From: Eledone cirrhosa
Taxonomy: Eukaryota
Direction: 5' to 3'
Assembly: GCA_964016885.1 (NCBI GenBank)
Contig: OZ024744.1
Coordinates: 101,928,001-101,992,000 of the forward strand
DNA: 64,000 nucleotides
The notes below the pieces were generated by a model. That model was not told the origin of the DNA and did no database searches. It saw nothing but the letters and a program-made list of their open reading frames with translations. Below, piece by piece: positions 28,092-45,759 of the stretch. Position 1 is the first letter of the stretch, and every line of letters starts with the position of its first letter. The position numbers were made by a program, and so were the translations under genes.

Positions 28092-28330
28092 GCAGATGAG
28101 AGATAAATTTCTTGGATAAGGTATGGGACTGTCTCAAAAGTCAATTGATGTGAGACATAAAATTAAGTGTGTTGCCTAAATAGACAACAGAATATCTGCA
28201 GCAGATTTGAAATGAAGCTGGTAATCAAATAACTTAACTGCAGTCATTCTAATGTCTGTATACTGTTGGTTAGTTTGGTTCAACTGTACTTGTGGAACCA
28301 AGATTTCATTATTGTTGTCATTGTACATTG

Positions 28331-28362
28331 TTATCATCACCATCATCATCATCATCATCACC

Positions 28363-28396
<34 letters not shown>

Positions 28397-29503
28397 CCAT
28401 CATCACTATCAGGATCATCACCATCATCACCATCAACACCAACACCACCATCACCACCACCATCATCATCATCATCACCATCATCACCATCATGAGCATC
28501 ACCATCACCAACATCATCATCATCACCACCATCATCACCACCACCACCACCATCATCATCATCATCGCCACAACCATCATCATCACCACCACCACCACCA
28601 CCATCACCACCACCACCATCATCATCACTACCACCACCATCACCACCACCACCACCATCACCACCATCACCACCACCACCATCACCATCACCACCACCAC
28701 CATCATCATCACTACCACGACCACCACCAAGACCACCACCACCACCAACACCACCACCATCACCACCATCACCACCACCACCATCACCATCACCACCACC
28801 ACCATCACCACCAACACCACCACCACCACCACCACCACCAACACCACCACCACCACCACCACCACCAACACCACCACCACCACCACCACCACCATCACCA
28901 CCACCACCACCATCACCACCACCATCACCACCAACACCACCACCACCACCACCACCACCATCACCACCACCACCACCACCATCATCACCCTCACGACCAC
29001 CACCATCATCTCCACCACCATCACCATCACCACCACCACCATCATGATCATCACCACCACCACCACCATCATCATCACCACCACCATCACCACCAACACC
29101 ACCACCACCACCACCATCACCATCACCACCACCACCATCACCACCAACACCACCACCACCACCACCATCACCATCACCACCACCACCATCACCACCACCA
29201 CCACCACCACCACCACCATCTTCATCACCCTCACCACCACCATCATCATCACCATCATGATCATCACCATCACCATCATCATCATCACCACCACCATCAT
29301 CACCACCACCACCACCACCATCATCATCATCACCACCACCACCATCATCAGCATCACCACTACCACCATCATCACCACCATCACCACCACCACCACCACC
29401 ACCACCATCATCATCACCATCACCACCACCATCATCCTCATCATCACCCTCACCACCACCACTATCATCTCCAACATCATCATCACCATCACCATCATGA
29501 CCA
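28331..29503. repeat. Compound (CAC/CAT)n trinucleotide array, ~1.17 kb
   Basis: Continuous in-register CAC/CAT triplets. Confidence 0.98.
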
Positions 29504-29543
29504 TTTAACATCTATTTTCCATGCTTCCTTAGACTATATATAC

Positions 29544-29643
<100 letters not shown>

Positions 29644-29831
29644 ATAATAAATACAAAGACCAAAATCAGAAGAGGACTCGGTAAGGATTGTATATCATCA
29701 TCATCACTGTTTTACGTTCGTTCTTCCACGCTAGCATGGGTTAGACGGCTTGTCCTGTTGTGGGCAATGCCCGGTCGGCTGACCATGTCTTGCTCATACG
29801 GAAACTGTATATATATATATATATATATATA

Positions 29832-31544
29832 TAACGAAGGAAATGTGGTAAGGAACCAGGTGGACCATAACGCACCAAAGTACTCAATACTTGGGGTAGT
29901 AGAGTGGGTAATAGGAACCAGTAAGACCCCGACGGCTGAGCTCAAGCCGTTTCGACGGTTAATTCTGGACTAAATGAAAATTTATCCTGGTATTTAAATA
30001 GCCGATCTTCTCAAGGGGTAATTCCATATATGGTCAAAGTGATTGTCAAAAATCAGTAGTAATTCTGTGATTGCAAATTAGTAGGGGAGATGGTGGCTAA
30101 ACCTGCCAGTAGGAGAAAGAGGGGAGGGGTGGAGTAGACTCAATCAAGCGTTGGTAGTGCCAGCTACAGCTGGGCATGAGGTCAAAGAAGATACTGGGGA
30201 GGGGGAGGGGGAGGTAGTCGGAACGGTAGGTAGAACAATGGGGGGTAAAAATATATATGAAAGAAAAAATACTGAGAGTGAAGAAAAGCGAATAAGTGTA
30301 AAGAAAAAAGTAAAGCAAGTTCTACGACCTAGGTCTCTAGCTATTGTTAGGCTAGAATAAATAAAGAAAGAAAGAAAGGAATAAAGAAAGAAATAAAGAA
30401 GTAACGAAATAAGTAAATGAACTAGGTGGGACGGAATAGGCAAGGACCCCTTTAAGAGGTATAAGTACGTAAATGATACGGTGACGGGTCAACAAATGGG
30501 GCCAAAATACTAAAGAGACTACCACGAAATAAATAATAAAGGTTTCTATCCCGGGCACAATGCCAGCAACCACCCAGTGCAGCAAAGTGAACTAGTACGA
30601 GATAATAATTCTGAGTCCCGAAAAAAATATATACTAATGCTAACTCTAAAAGATCTAAAACAAGCTACATGAAAGTTCGTACGAAGTAAAGGTAGAATAC
30701 GGAAAAATAAATTCAGAATCCACCCCGCCCAAAAGAAAAGCGAAGAAAGAAATACTGAAACGAGAAAATAAGGCATAAGTGCCACTAAGAAATATAGAAG
30801 GCACGGAGAATAGTGGGAGCGGTCGGAAAAAGGGGGGCAAGTATCCGGGGTCTAAACCAACTGCTATAAAAGGCGGAGTCCGCCAAAGCTATCATAGACG
30901 GTGGGGGTACTAAGGCTACAAGGGGCCAAAGGGCAGCCTCGGGTGGGCGAGAAAAGACGCCGACAAAGGAGAAGAGCTGGGGTAGAAGGACTAAGGAGGG
31001 AAGGGGGGAAGGAAATAAAGGAAGCGATAAAAGAATAAAAAGAAGATCGTACGTCTCCCTTGGCAAGCAGGGGTTACCCATTGCAAAATCGGCAAGTGGG
31101 GTAGCCTAACAATAGCTAGAGACCTAGGTCGTAGAACTTGCTTTACTTTTTTCTTTACACTTATTCGCTTTTCTTCACTCTCAGTATTTTTTCTTTCCTA
31201 TATATTTTTACCCCCCATTGTTCTACCTACCGTTCCGACTTCCTCCCCCTCCCCCTCCCCAGTATCTTCTTTGACCTCATGCCCAGCTGTAGCTGGCACT
31301 ACCAACGCTTGATTGGGTCTACTCCACCCCCTCCCCTCTTTCTCCTACTGGCAGGTTTAGCCACCATCTCCCCTACTAATTTGCAATCACAGAATTACTA
31401 CTGATTTTTGACAATCACTTTGACCATATATGGAATTACCCCTTGAGAAGATCGGCTATTTAAATACCAGGATAAATTTTCATTTAGTCCAGAATTAGCC
31501 GTCGAAACGGCTTGAGCTCAGCCGTCGGGGTCTTACTGGTTCCT
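29832..31544. mobile_element. Family C non-coding head-to-head element with an HHR in each arm
   Basis: ~29912-30353 is inverted versus ~31105-31544; the left arm has an extra ~80 bp; (TA)n flanks; no RT or EN motifs seen. Confidence 0.85.
31438..31531 (+). ncRNA. Type I HHR, U3:A8 core variant (mirror at 29926-30019, -)
   Basis: ACCCC-TTGAGAA-GATCGGCTA...TAGCCGTC-GAAA-CGGCTTGAGCTCAGCCG-TC-GGGGT. Confidence 0.8.
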
Positions 31545-31627
31545 ATATATATATATATATATATATATGTTGATTTAAAACTGCACTATCCACAAGTGTT
31601 TTTTAACCTTCATATCATGTCCTCCTA

Positions 31628-31694
31628 TTTTATCTGATGAAAACACAAATGTTATTGCATGATGATATTTGTTTTTGAAATGCGCATAATAAAA
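31628..31694 (+). ncRNA. Type I HHR, family B solo fragment (31565-31730)
   Basis: TTTTAT-CTGATGA-stem II-GAAA-TGCGCA-TA-ATAAAA. Confidence 0.88.
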
Positions 31695-31724
31695 TACATG
31701 GAACTCATTTAACCATATTTTGAT

Positions 31725-31771
<47 letters not shown>

Positions 31772-31778
31772 CTCTATA

Positions 31779-31843
<65 letters not shown>

Positions 31844-32061
31844 TTTCTGAATTTGTTTAGCAAGATTATTTATCTGAAATCGTGTGTTGAAACCGATATT
31901 GTTATACTTTGGGAGGGTCATGTTGCCAATAAGAAACACACGCACCAGTTGCTTTCACTTCAATTTATTATATATCTATAAATTTATAAATTTACAAATC
32001 TACAAATTTATAAATTTCTGGTTGGTTCGTTGGTTCCACAACCAGATAGTTGTTTATATAT

Positions 32062-32106
32062 AGTCATAGTCCTTTCGTCACACACTCTGTGACCTCTTCA
32101 GTGACT
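32062..32106 (-). ncRNA. Minimal type I HHR, family A
   Basis: AGTCA-CTGAAGA-G-GTCAC/GTGAC-GAAA-GGAC-TA-TGACT. Confidence 0.8.
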
Positions 32107-32310
32107 GGGGATTCCTTTCTTTGTTTCTGTGCCTTTCCTTTCTTCTGTCCTACGCCATTTTGTTTCTGTGTGTGTGTTGTGTGCTCAGTTTGCGCATGCG
32201 CCACATCCGGGTGTCTGTGTGCGTTTGTGTTCATTTATCTATTTGTTTATTTATTTACATGTTACTGGTTGGTTGTTTGTTCTATGTGTGTGTGTGTTTT
32301 CATTTTGTCC

Positions 32311-33075
32311 TTAATTGTAAGTTGTGATGTTGCTGTTCCACTCATATTTTCTATTTAATTTTGGTTGTAATTCTTTTATGTTTATTGCCTCTGTAATTTG
32401 TCTAAACATTGCATCTTTTCTGTGTGTAGATTCTATTTTTATTTCTATGTTCTCTAATTTACCCTTGTGTTCTATCTTAGCATGTTGGTAGAGTACAGAT
32501 GATTCTTTATTATCTTGAAGGTCTCGCCAGTGTTCATTTATCCGTTCCTCTATACTACGAGCTGTCTCACCTATGTACACTATATTTTTGTTTCTACATT
32601 GTCCTTCAGTACATCTTATGCTATACACTACATTTCTAGTGTTACAGTTAATATGGGGGCTTATTTTACAGGTTATACATTTCTTATCTATACATGAGGG
32701 TCTTTGGAACGGGTATGTCTTGCTAATAAGTGTTTTTACGGAGGTACCTGGTCTTTCTACTATCTTAATATTGAGTTTATGTTTATTTAGGGCCCTTCTA
32801 AATTTGTAGGCTAGTTCGCCTCTAGGGGTTGTATCGATGAACATTACACTCTGGTATTTATTGCTATCATACCATGAGTTTATTCTATTGGCCTTGTTCC
32901 TAGTTCTTTCTATTCTATTCCAAAATTTGCTCCTATACAAGGGGCAGGTCCCATTTATGTCATTGTTTACCATTTTTTCCCATTTGGTTCTGGCTCCTCT
33001 ATACACTCTGATTCTATCTCTCTGATTGTAGCCAGAGAACTGCATACGGTGGATGAAGTGTTGTATGTGTCTATC
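32311..33075 (-). CDS. PLE C-terminal region with GIY-YIG endonuclease (5'-truncated)
   Basis: CIDKKCITC linker; VVYSIRC...YIGETARSIEERINEH...EAINI...LN. Confidence 0.9.
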   Translation of the reverse strand, partial: DRHIQHFIHRMQFSGYNQRDRIRVYRGARTKWEKMVNNDINGTCPLYRSKFWNRIERTRNKANRINSWYDSNKYQSVMFIDTTPRGELAYKFRRALNKHKLNIKIVERPGTSVKTLISKTYPFQRPSCIDKKCITCKISPHINCNTRNVVYSIRCTEGQCRNKNIVYIGETARSIEERINEHWRDLQDNKESSVLYQHAKIEHKGKLENIEIKIESTHRKDAMFRQITEAINIKELQPKLNRKYEWNSNITTYN

Positions 33076-34322
33076 TGGTTGTGGAACCAACCAACCAACC
33101 AGAAATTTATAAATTTGTAGATTTGTAAATTTATAAATTTATAGATATATAATAAATTGAAGTGAAAGCAACTGGTGCGTGTGTTTCTTATTGGCAACAT
33201 GACCCTCCCAAAGTATAACTATATATATATATATATAATATAAGATCAAAAGATGGTTAAAGGAGTTCCATATATTTTATTATGCGCATTTCAAAAACAA
33301 ACATCATCAAGCAATAATATTTGTGTTTTCATCAGATAAAACAGGAGAACATGATATGAAGGCTAAAAAACACTTGTTGATAGTGCAGTTTTAAATCAAC
33401 ATATGAAAAGTGGTTTTAGATTGATGTGTGATATTGGGAAAAATATTTTATTTAGAGAGGGGGGGGGAGGATGAAAAGGGAAGGAGATGAGAGGGAGAGA
33501 TGGGTGATAGAGAGAAAGAGATAGTCTTTATAACTGAGAGGAGATATATTTTTTACATAGAGGGGTTGAAAACCGTTGGAAGATACTGTATAAATTAAAA
33601 ATTTTGAAAATTAACGAAGGGAGGATATGTGCGAGGAAAAAATATTTTATTTAGGGAGGGGGGGGGAGGATGAAAAAAAGGGGGGAGGAGATGAGAGTGA
33701 AGGTGGAGAGGGAGAGATGGGTGATAGAGAGAAAGAGATAGTTTTTATAACTGAGAAAAAGATATATTGTTTTAATATAGAGAGGTTGGGAACCGTTGGA
33801 AGATAATGTATAAATTAAAGGAATTTGAAAATTAACGAAGGGAAATTATGTATGAAGATAGAGAGAAAAAAATAATAATTGTGGGTGAATATTCTAACGT
33901 CAAAAGAAGAAATGTATGTATTGTGGCAATTTCAAAATTAGCGAAGAGAAAAGTTGTTATCGTTTGTGTGTAGAAGGATTTGAGAAAAATAATGTGAAGT
34001 TAAAGTTTGTATATTGAATTGATATGTATTAATAATGAGTTCGTTGATGGGGAGAAAAAAATAATAATAAATTAAGGATGAAATTGAGATTAAAAAGATT
34101 TATGATAGAGAGAAAAAATAATAATGATTGCGGATGAATATTCAAAATGTCAAAAACAAATGTTATTATTTTACGAGAAGATAGAATGAGGGTAATGAGT
34201 AAACGAGTATTATAGAGTGTATAATGCCCTTTAAAGTAAGGTAAGGTAGATGGGTATATTTTAAAGAGGTGTATGTATATGTGCCTTTGAGAAAAGATTC
34301 TAAATTGATAAAGAATTGAATA

Positions 34323-35975
34323 TTAACTGTATACTTTGTGAAAAGTTCTATGGAATTTATGCAGGCAGATAGAAAACAAATCTGAGCGTCTATTTATTAT
34401 GGATTCTAGGTTAGAGATAATGGTAAATTTTTCATTTAGGCAGAGATTACAGATTTTAGATAGAGAGCTGTTCAAGTATGAGGATGCAGAAGAAATCTTT
34501 TTCCAAAAGATGTTATATTTAATGTTTTTGTCTTTTAAGGACCATATGAGTTCTGAGAGAGCAGTGTTAGTTCTTTTAAGTTTGTATTTGAAAGATGAAT
34601 GATGATTATAGAGACGAGCTTTAAAAGAGGTGGAAGTGGAGCCAAAATAGGTGAAGGAATTGGTGCTTGTTATAATTTTACATTCATAAATTAAGTTTTT
34701 ATCGAGGCAATGGTTGTTGAGAGGACATTTATTTTTGATGCGGCAGTTGCAATTAGAGAGATTATTAATGAGTGATCTAGTGTTATCTATAGAAGGAATT
34801 GGATTGGAGAAGTTGTTTGCGATAGGAATAATAGGAATAATAGTTTCTTGATTTAGAGTTGGATTATGAACATTTAGCGAAGTTGTGTTTGACGTTGTAT
34901 TTGGGTTTACAGAAGTTAGCCTAGGGTTTACAATGACGTCGGGAGTACTATTACTGTTATTATGAAATTCGATATTGGAAGGAAGAGATTTAGTATTTAA
35001 TATTTTGTTGTTGTGTTTAGAGATGATGTTGGAAATATTGGAGGATGTAGAATACGAAAATTTGATGGTATGTTTGTTAAATATTTTACTATAGATATGT
35101 GAGGGAGGGAAGCATTTATTTAAGGCACTAAAAAATAATTTAGGAATATTGTTATTAATAGAGATGGAGAAAGGAGCATTATACCAGATTATGTTTTTGT
35201 ATCTAGGTCTTTTATTAAAATTATTGGAATGGTCATGATTAATTATTCTACTGTAAGTTTTCCTAGAATTTGTTTCTTTATTATATTTGATTTTATCTGG
35301 ATAGCCGGCTTTAGAAAGTGCGTTATTATAGTAATTGGCGTTAGCATCAAAGATGTTTTTATTAGAAGATATGTTAGATATTCTATTTCCAATATTATTA
35401 ACTATAGCATTCTTGATATTGGTAGGATGGTTAGATTTAAAGTTAACATAATTAAGATTCTCATTGTTTTTATGGTAAGGGTAATATAGGCCAGTGTCAA
35501 GATTAAGAGATACATCCAAGAAATTAGCTAGTTTGATACTATTATCAAATTCAATTTTTAGGTTATGTTGGTTAAAGAGATTACGTATATTGTTCTTAAT
35601 AATATTAAGTTTAACTATATTGCAATTTAGGATAGTAAAGAGTCCATCGTCACGATAAATTCCACCGCGAAATTGAGGAATTTTCCGACTCAAAGAGTTC
35701 AAAATGAAGATACCAATTAAATCAGTCAATTGGGATGAATCGGATGCTCCCATTGTGATGTCGAAGTTGTTAGAGGTATCGGCTCTGGTCCAATATTCGT
35801 TGTTGAACTCTAGGATGGTTTTACGTGCGGTGAGGATGATGTGAAGTTCATCTGTGGTGATGTCAGAATATTTAAGTGCGAAAGATAGAGCATTATTGAG
35901 AAGTGAAGGCGAAATGGAGGAATAGAAGCTGGCAATATCGAATTGAATAAATTTTAGTTTGTTTTTATTATCCAA
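34323..35975 (-). CDS. PLE reverse transcriptase (C-terminal part) plus GIY-YIG endonuclease, 550 aa uninterrupted
   Basis: FDIASFY, MGA, YRDDGL, FLDV, CNCR...CPL...C, LIYEC...YFGST...R. Confidence 0.92.
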   Translation of the reverse strand: MDNKNKLKFIQFDIASFYSSISPSLLNNALSFALKYSDITTDELHIILTARKTILEFNNEYWTRADTSNNFDITMGASDSSQLTDLIGIFILNSLSRKIPQFRGGIYRDDGLFTILNCNIVKLNIIKNNIRNLFNQHNLKIEFDNSIKLANFLDVSLNLDTGLYYPYHKNNENLNYVNFKSNHPTNIKNAIVNNIGNRISNISSNKNIFDANANYYNNALSKAGYPDKIKYNKETNSRKTYSRIINHDHSNNFNKRPRYKNIIWYNAPFSISINNNIPKLFFSALNKCFPPSHIYSKIFNKHTIKFSYSTSSNISNIISKHNNKILNTKSLPSNIEFHNNSNSTPDVIVNPRLTSVNPNTTSNTTSLNVHNPTLNQETIIPIIPIANNFSNPIPSIDNTRSLINNLSNCNCRIKNKCPLNNHCLDKNLIYECKIITSTNSFTYFGSTSTSFKARLYNHHSSFKYKLKRTNTALSELIWSLKDKNIKYNIFWKKISSASSYLNSSLSKICNLCLNEKFTIISNLESIINRRSDLFSICLHKFHRTFHKVYS

Positions 35976-36586
35976 TTTGTTGAACCAGCTGGTTCAACAA
36001 TTTCTTCTTTTGACGTTAGAATATTCACCCACAATTATTATTTTTTTCTCTCTATCTTCATACATAATTTCCCTTCGTTAATTTTCAAATTCCTTTAATT
36101 TATACATTATCTTCCAACGGTTCCCAACCTCTCTATATTAAAACAATATATCTTTTTCTCAGTTATAAAAACTATCTCTTTCTCTCTATCACCCATCTCT
36201 CCCTCTCCACCTTCACTCTCATCTCCTCCCCCCTTTTTTTCATCCTTTCCACCCCCCCCCCCCCCCTCCCTAAATAAAATATTTTTTCCTCGCACATATC
36301 CTCCCTTCGTTAATTTTCAAAATTTTTAATTTATACAGTATCTTCCAACGGTTTTCAACCCCTCTATGTAAAAAATATATCTCCTCTCAGTTATAAAAAC
36401 TATCTCTTTCTCTCTATCACCCATCTCTCCCTCTCATCTCCTTCCCTTTTCATCCTTCCCCCCCCCCCCTCTCTAAATAAAATATTTTTCCCAATATCAC
36501 ACATCAATCTAAAACCACTTTTCATATGTTGATTTAAAACTGCACTATCAACAAGTGTTTTTTAGCCTTCATATCATGTTCTCCTG

Positions 36587-36653
36587 TTTTATCTGATGAA
36601 AACACAAATATTATTGCTTGATGATGTTTGTTTTTGAAATGCGCATAATAAAA
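36587..36653 (+). ncRNA. Type I HHR, family B (mirror at 33275-33341, -)
   Basis: TTTTAT-CTGATGA-AAACACAAATATTAT...ATGATGTTTGTTTTT-GAAA-TGCGCA-TA-ATAAAA. Confidence 0.9.
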
Positions 36654-36776
36654 TATATGGAACTCCTTTAACCATCTTTTGATCTTATATTATGCATACT
36701 CCAGTCCCACAAACTGTAGAGTGCTTCTTATCCGATATCTGCATTGCTTTATTGTACTACAATAAAACTCACCTCC

Positions 36777-36807
<31 letters not shown>

Positions 36808-36810
<3 letters not shown>

Positions 36811-37195
36811 GAAACACACAGATACATGCGGACACACACATATATACATGAATGCATCCGCACCCAACTGTGAGTTAAGGGTGCCAACTTCACCGATGTT
36901 GCTCAATGAATGACTGGGACAGACCAATTCAGTTGAACTAGACTGAACCAGTATCAGAGTTAAAAATACATTATGAAGAGAGAAGAAACATTTAGATATA
37001 ATTAGTAATAAAATGTATCATACCTAAACTGATCCTAAATTCCTCGACTACGTAGTTTCGTGGCATAAACAAAAACAATATATCAAAGATATAGAGTCCT
37101 TGCGAGGTCTGCCGACTTATCAAGAGGATACCTCATTTTACTAGTCTCAAGAACGCATCTACACGACGTGAGAAAGAATCCCAAAAGGCGTGGTG
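36808..37195 (-). mobile_element. Family G terminal-repeat fragment (second copy at 41198-41400)
   Basis: About 200 bp shared with 41198-41400; flanked by (TA)n; contains an HHR. Confidence 0.75.
37041..37128 (-). ncRNA. Type I HHR, U3:A8 core variant
   Basis: TCCTC-TTGATAA-GTCGGCA...TGCCAC-GAAA-CTACGTAG-TC-GAGGA. Confidence 0.82.
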
Positions 37196-37248
<53 letters not shown>

Positions 37249-37250
<2 letters not shown>

Positions 37251-38876
37251 TCTTCTTGGGTCTCTGAAGCTCCTTTCTGGTGAAGGGCTCTGTCTCAATA
37301 TCCAGTTCTTCAAACAGCCGCCTGATCTCCCCAGTGCTCTGGGCTGTGGAGGGTGGCTCTCCTAGTAGGGCCCTTCACCAGAGAGGAGCTTCAGAGAGCC
37401 AAGAAGAAGATCAAGGAGGGCAAGGCTCATGGAGAAGATGGAGTGGCATCAGAGGTGATGAAGAGGTGTGATTTTGATGATTTCATCCTGGGGTTCTGTA
37501 ACGGGGCACTGGAGAAAGGAGTTGCCCCGAATCAGTGGAGGATCAGTAACATCGTCCCAGTGCCAAAGAAGGGAGATCTCTCTAACACCAACAACTACCG
37601 GGGGATCTCACTGACATCACTTGTGGCAAAGACCCTCAACAGGATGATTCTTAACAGGATCCAGCCTGAGATGGAGAAGAAGCTCAGGGACAACCAGAAC
37701 GGCTTCAGAGAGGGTAGATCAACCACCAGTCACATCCTGATGCTGAGGAGGATATTAGAGCAAAGTGCCTTCCTGCGGTCATGGTTTTCATTGACTTTAG
37801 GAAGGCCTTTGATTCTGTGGACCATCACTGCCTGATGAAGATCTTACAGGCTTATGGAATCCCCAAGAAGATAGTGGACCTGATATCACTGCGCTACACC
37901 AACACCAAAGCCCAAGTCATTACACCTGATGGGATGACAGAGTTCTTTGAGATACTGGCTGGAGTGCTCCAGGGAGATACATTGGCTCCCTACCTTTTTA
38001 TCATCGTAGTGGACTATTGTATGCGTCTTGCACTGGAGAAACACCAGGACTCTGGCTTTACTGTAGCACCGGCTCAGAGCAGGAGGGAGAGTTAAGGCGA
38101 AAAAGGTATCAGATGCTGAATTTGCCGACGACATAGTTTTGGTGACAAATACAGTGAAGGAGGCAGAGGATTTGATGCAGGAGGTTGAGACTGTGTCGAT
38201 GAGTGTGGGGCTGAGAATGAATGAGATTAAAACAAAATATCTGGTAGAGAATGTTGAGAAGCCAGAGGGGATCACTAATGTAGGCGGGAGCCGCTAGAAT
38301 TGGTTGAGGACTTCCTGTATTTGGGAGCAAAGATTGGGAATATGGAAGATGATGTGGTTGAGAGGAAGAGCAAAGCCTGGGCAGCGTGCCACAGCTTGAG
38401 ATCGGTGTGGAAGTCGGACTTTCATAAAGACCTGAAAATCCACCTCTTCATTGCTGTAGTGGAGTCTGTGCTGCTGTATGGGTCTGAGACTTGGGCACTG
38501 ACTAAGAAACTCACTCAGATGCTCGATGGGTGCTACACGAGAATGCTGAGGATGGCTCTGAACATTAATCAGTATACACTGAGGATGAAATACTCAGAGC
38601 TGTATGGGAGCATCCCAAAAGTCAGCTCAAAAGTGACACAGAGAAGACTGAGGTTAGCTGGACATGCTCACCGACATCCAGAGTTGACATTGCACTCAGT
38701 GCTCCTGTGGGAGCCCCTACATGGACACACTAGAAGAGGAAGACCAAGGTTAACGTATGTTGATGCCCTAAGGACAGACACTGGTCTGCTGGAGACGCAG
38801 GACATGGCAGCGATAATGAGGGACAGAGACCGCTGGAGAGAACTCGTCCATGGATCTCGGGAATTTTACCCTCCCT
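37249..38876 (+). mobile_element. RTE/RTEX-like LINE RT fragment, frameshifted
   Basis: NYRGISLTS, FIDFRKAFDSV, GVLQGDTLAPYLF, FADD, LLYGSETW. Confidence 0.88.
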
Positions 38877-38894
38877 ATATATATATATATATAT

Positions 38895-39945
38895 CATCAT
38901 CATCATCATCATCATCATCATTTAACGTCCATCTTCCACGCTTGCATGGGTTTGGACGGGAGTTTTCCCACTTGAGGCAAGATTGGTCGTCTCGCTCGTA
39001 TAGGACTGTCTGGCGGGTTTTCTACGGCTGGATGCCCTTCCTAACACCAACCACATTTACAGTGTGGACTGGGAGGTTTTTACCGTGTTACATACACGGC
39101 CACATTACAGTGTGGACTGTGTGTTTTTTTGTCGTGACACCTACACGACCTCATTTGTTTCGGACTGGATGTTGTGGTACCAACATAACTTTACATTCAA
39201 AGGGGTGGTGTGGATGGGCTGGGGGTAGTGGCTGACTGTAGTAGGTTTCACTTTGTACTTCTGTATTACTGTGTAGCGCCAAAGATCTCGGTCCAGTGAC
39301 ATTGTCTTGGAGAGGTGTAAGTGTGTGAGGTCGGAATTTATCAAGTCGTCCCGGGTTTTTCTGGGTCTGCCTACTCCGTGGCTACCATCTATTTTTATCG
39401 CCCTGCACATTTTTATACAGCTGTCGTCTTTCATGCGCATCACGTGACCGTACCAATGTAGTCTTCTCTCGAGTAAACAACATCTGATCCCTCTTATTCC
39501 TAATTTCACCCTTAGTTCGTTTATGCTTTGCCGTTCACGTATATTACTATTACACATCCAGCGGAGCATGCAAGCTTCGTTTCACTCTAGTCTGCGTATA
39601 TCCTCTGCACACAATGCCCAGGTCTCACTGCCATGTAACATTGCTGTTCGTATGCAGGCATCATACAGCCTGCCTTTCATTTTTAGAGAGAACCCTTTAG
39701 CGGCCAATAGTGGTATAAGCTCTCTGAACTTTTTCCATCCCGTTCTGACTCTAACTACTGTACTTTCAGAGCACCCTCCCCCACTGCTGATTTTGTCACC
39801 CATGTAACGGAAGGTGTCCACTATTTCTATAGAACCATCTGTGCAATGGAATGAGCTAGTATTCTGTGGGCTGCTACTATATTCTTAGTTAGCTTACCTG
39901 TGATCCCACTACATCTTTTATGCACCCATACTTTGCATTTGGGAC
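38895..39945 (-). mobile_element. RTE LINE 3' fragment
   Basis: MLHGSETWAL, WYGHVMRM; (GAT)n tail. Confidence 0.88.
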
Positions 39946-39969
39946 ATAAATATATATATACATATATAC

Positions 39970-40026
<57 letters not shown>

Positions 40027-40077
40027 TATATACATATATATATATATATACATATATATATACATATATATATATAC

Positions 40078-41122
<1,045 letters not shown>

Positions 41123-41401
41123 CATATACATATATATACATATATATATATATATATAAATATACATATATATATATATATATATACATATATATATTTA
41201 GAAACACACAGATACATGCGGACACACACATATATACATGAATGCATCCGCACCCAACTGTGAGTTAAGGGTGCCAACTTCACCGATGTTGCTCAATGAA
41301 TGACTGGGACAGACCAATTCAGTTTGAACCAGACTGAACCAGTATCAGAGTTAAAAATACATTATGAAGAGAGAAGAAACATTTAGATATAATTAGTAAT
41401 A

Positions 41402-41443
<42 letters not shown>

Positions 41444-41448
41444 TTTTT

Positions 41449-44830
<3,382 letters not shown>

Positions 44831-45759
44831 TGTTTTATTTGTTATTGCTAGGCTTCACTAGGAAAATAAAGAGCCCTCATCCCCAAACTTAACACCTAAT
44901 GATGTTGGAGGGACACTGTCCTAATACATGGCATGTCTCGGGAAGTTTATATTTGGTGGAGTACATATTTCTTCAAGTGTGAACATAGCTAATATTTCCT
45001 AGAAAGAGACAGAGAAAGAATAGTTCCCGGTATTAAACTGGCACGTTCTTTATCAACACCTAAATGGTGAAAGGCAAAATTGACCTCATTGTGATTTGAA
45101 CTCAGTATTCAATGTGCAGAGAACTATAACAAATACTTGGGTATTTAATACCACATTCCTAATGACACTGCAAATTCCCTGCCTTAAGCTTCACTAAACA
45201 TATAAATATATTTCAGTACACTGAATTTTTAATTTCCATTGCTGTGTTGGTCTGAAGGGAATTTATAATGTTAACCAGCTAAATACTAATATACTAATAT
45301 GCAATTTTAAAGTGTATATATACATGCATAAACATGTGCACTGACATGCACAAATATCTGGTTTATTTTTTATGTAATTTCAGTATGATTGTAGGTAAAT
45401 TTCTTGACAATAGATAAAAATAAATTGTTGAAAGGTTAAAAATTCAGTTATTATTTTCACGAGTAGTATGTATGACTAAAAATATTCTAAGTAGTGTCTA
45501 AAAGGGCATTGACTTAACATACAGGATTATCTATGTCGATTTTTTTTTTGTTCTTTTTTTTTAAAAAGAGGTCTGTGCAAGGTCATGTAATATAACATAT
45601 TGTAGCATGAGTATTTGATGTCGACCAGTTTGTCTTTTTGGAAACCTGTTACTGTTGTTCAGGGAGTGGGATTGGTCCAGTGTAAGGCCTTTCTTGAATT
45701 AAAAAAACTTCAAGTACAGGAATCATTCCATCTAAATGACTTTGGAAGCTTATAAATCA

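Larger units (their letters stand above)
31842..33220 (-). mobile_element. 5'-truncated Penelope-like element (family A) with an inverted terminal piece
   Basis: GIY-YIG ORF followed by a 3' terminal repeat with an HHR; 33075-33218 is an inverted copy of ~31900-32048. Confidence 0.92.
33235..36780 (-). mobile_element. Penelope-like element (family B) with ~680-bp inverted terminal repeats
   Basis: ~33235-33912 is inverted versus ~36001-36690; RT-EN ORF inside; HHR in both arms; (TA)n flanks. Confidence 0.93.

Noticed and set aside
44890-44999. Minus-strand acceptor followed by a short frame EILAMFTLEENMYSTKYKLPETC...
   Set aside because: No recognisable protein and no partner exons; cannot be supported without transcripts.
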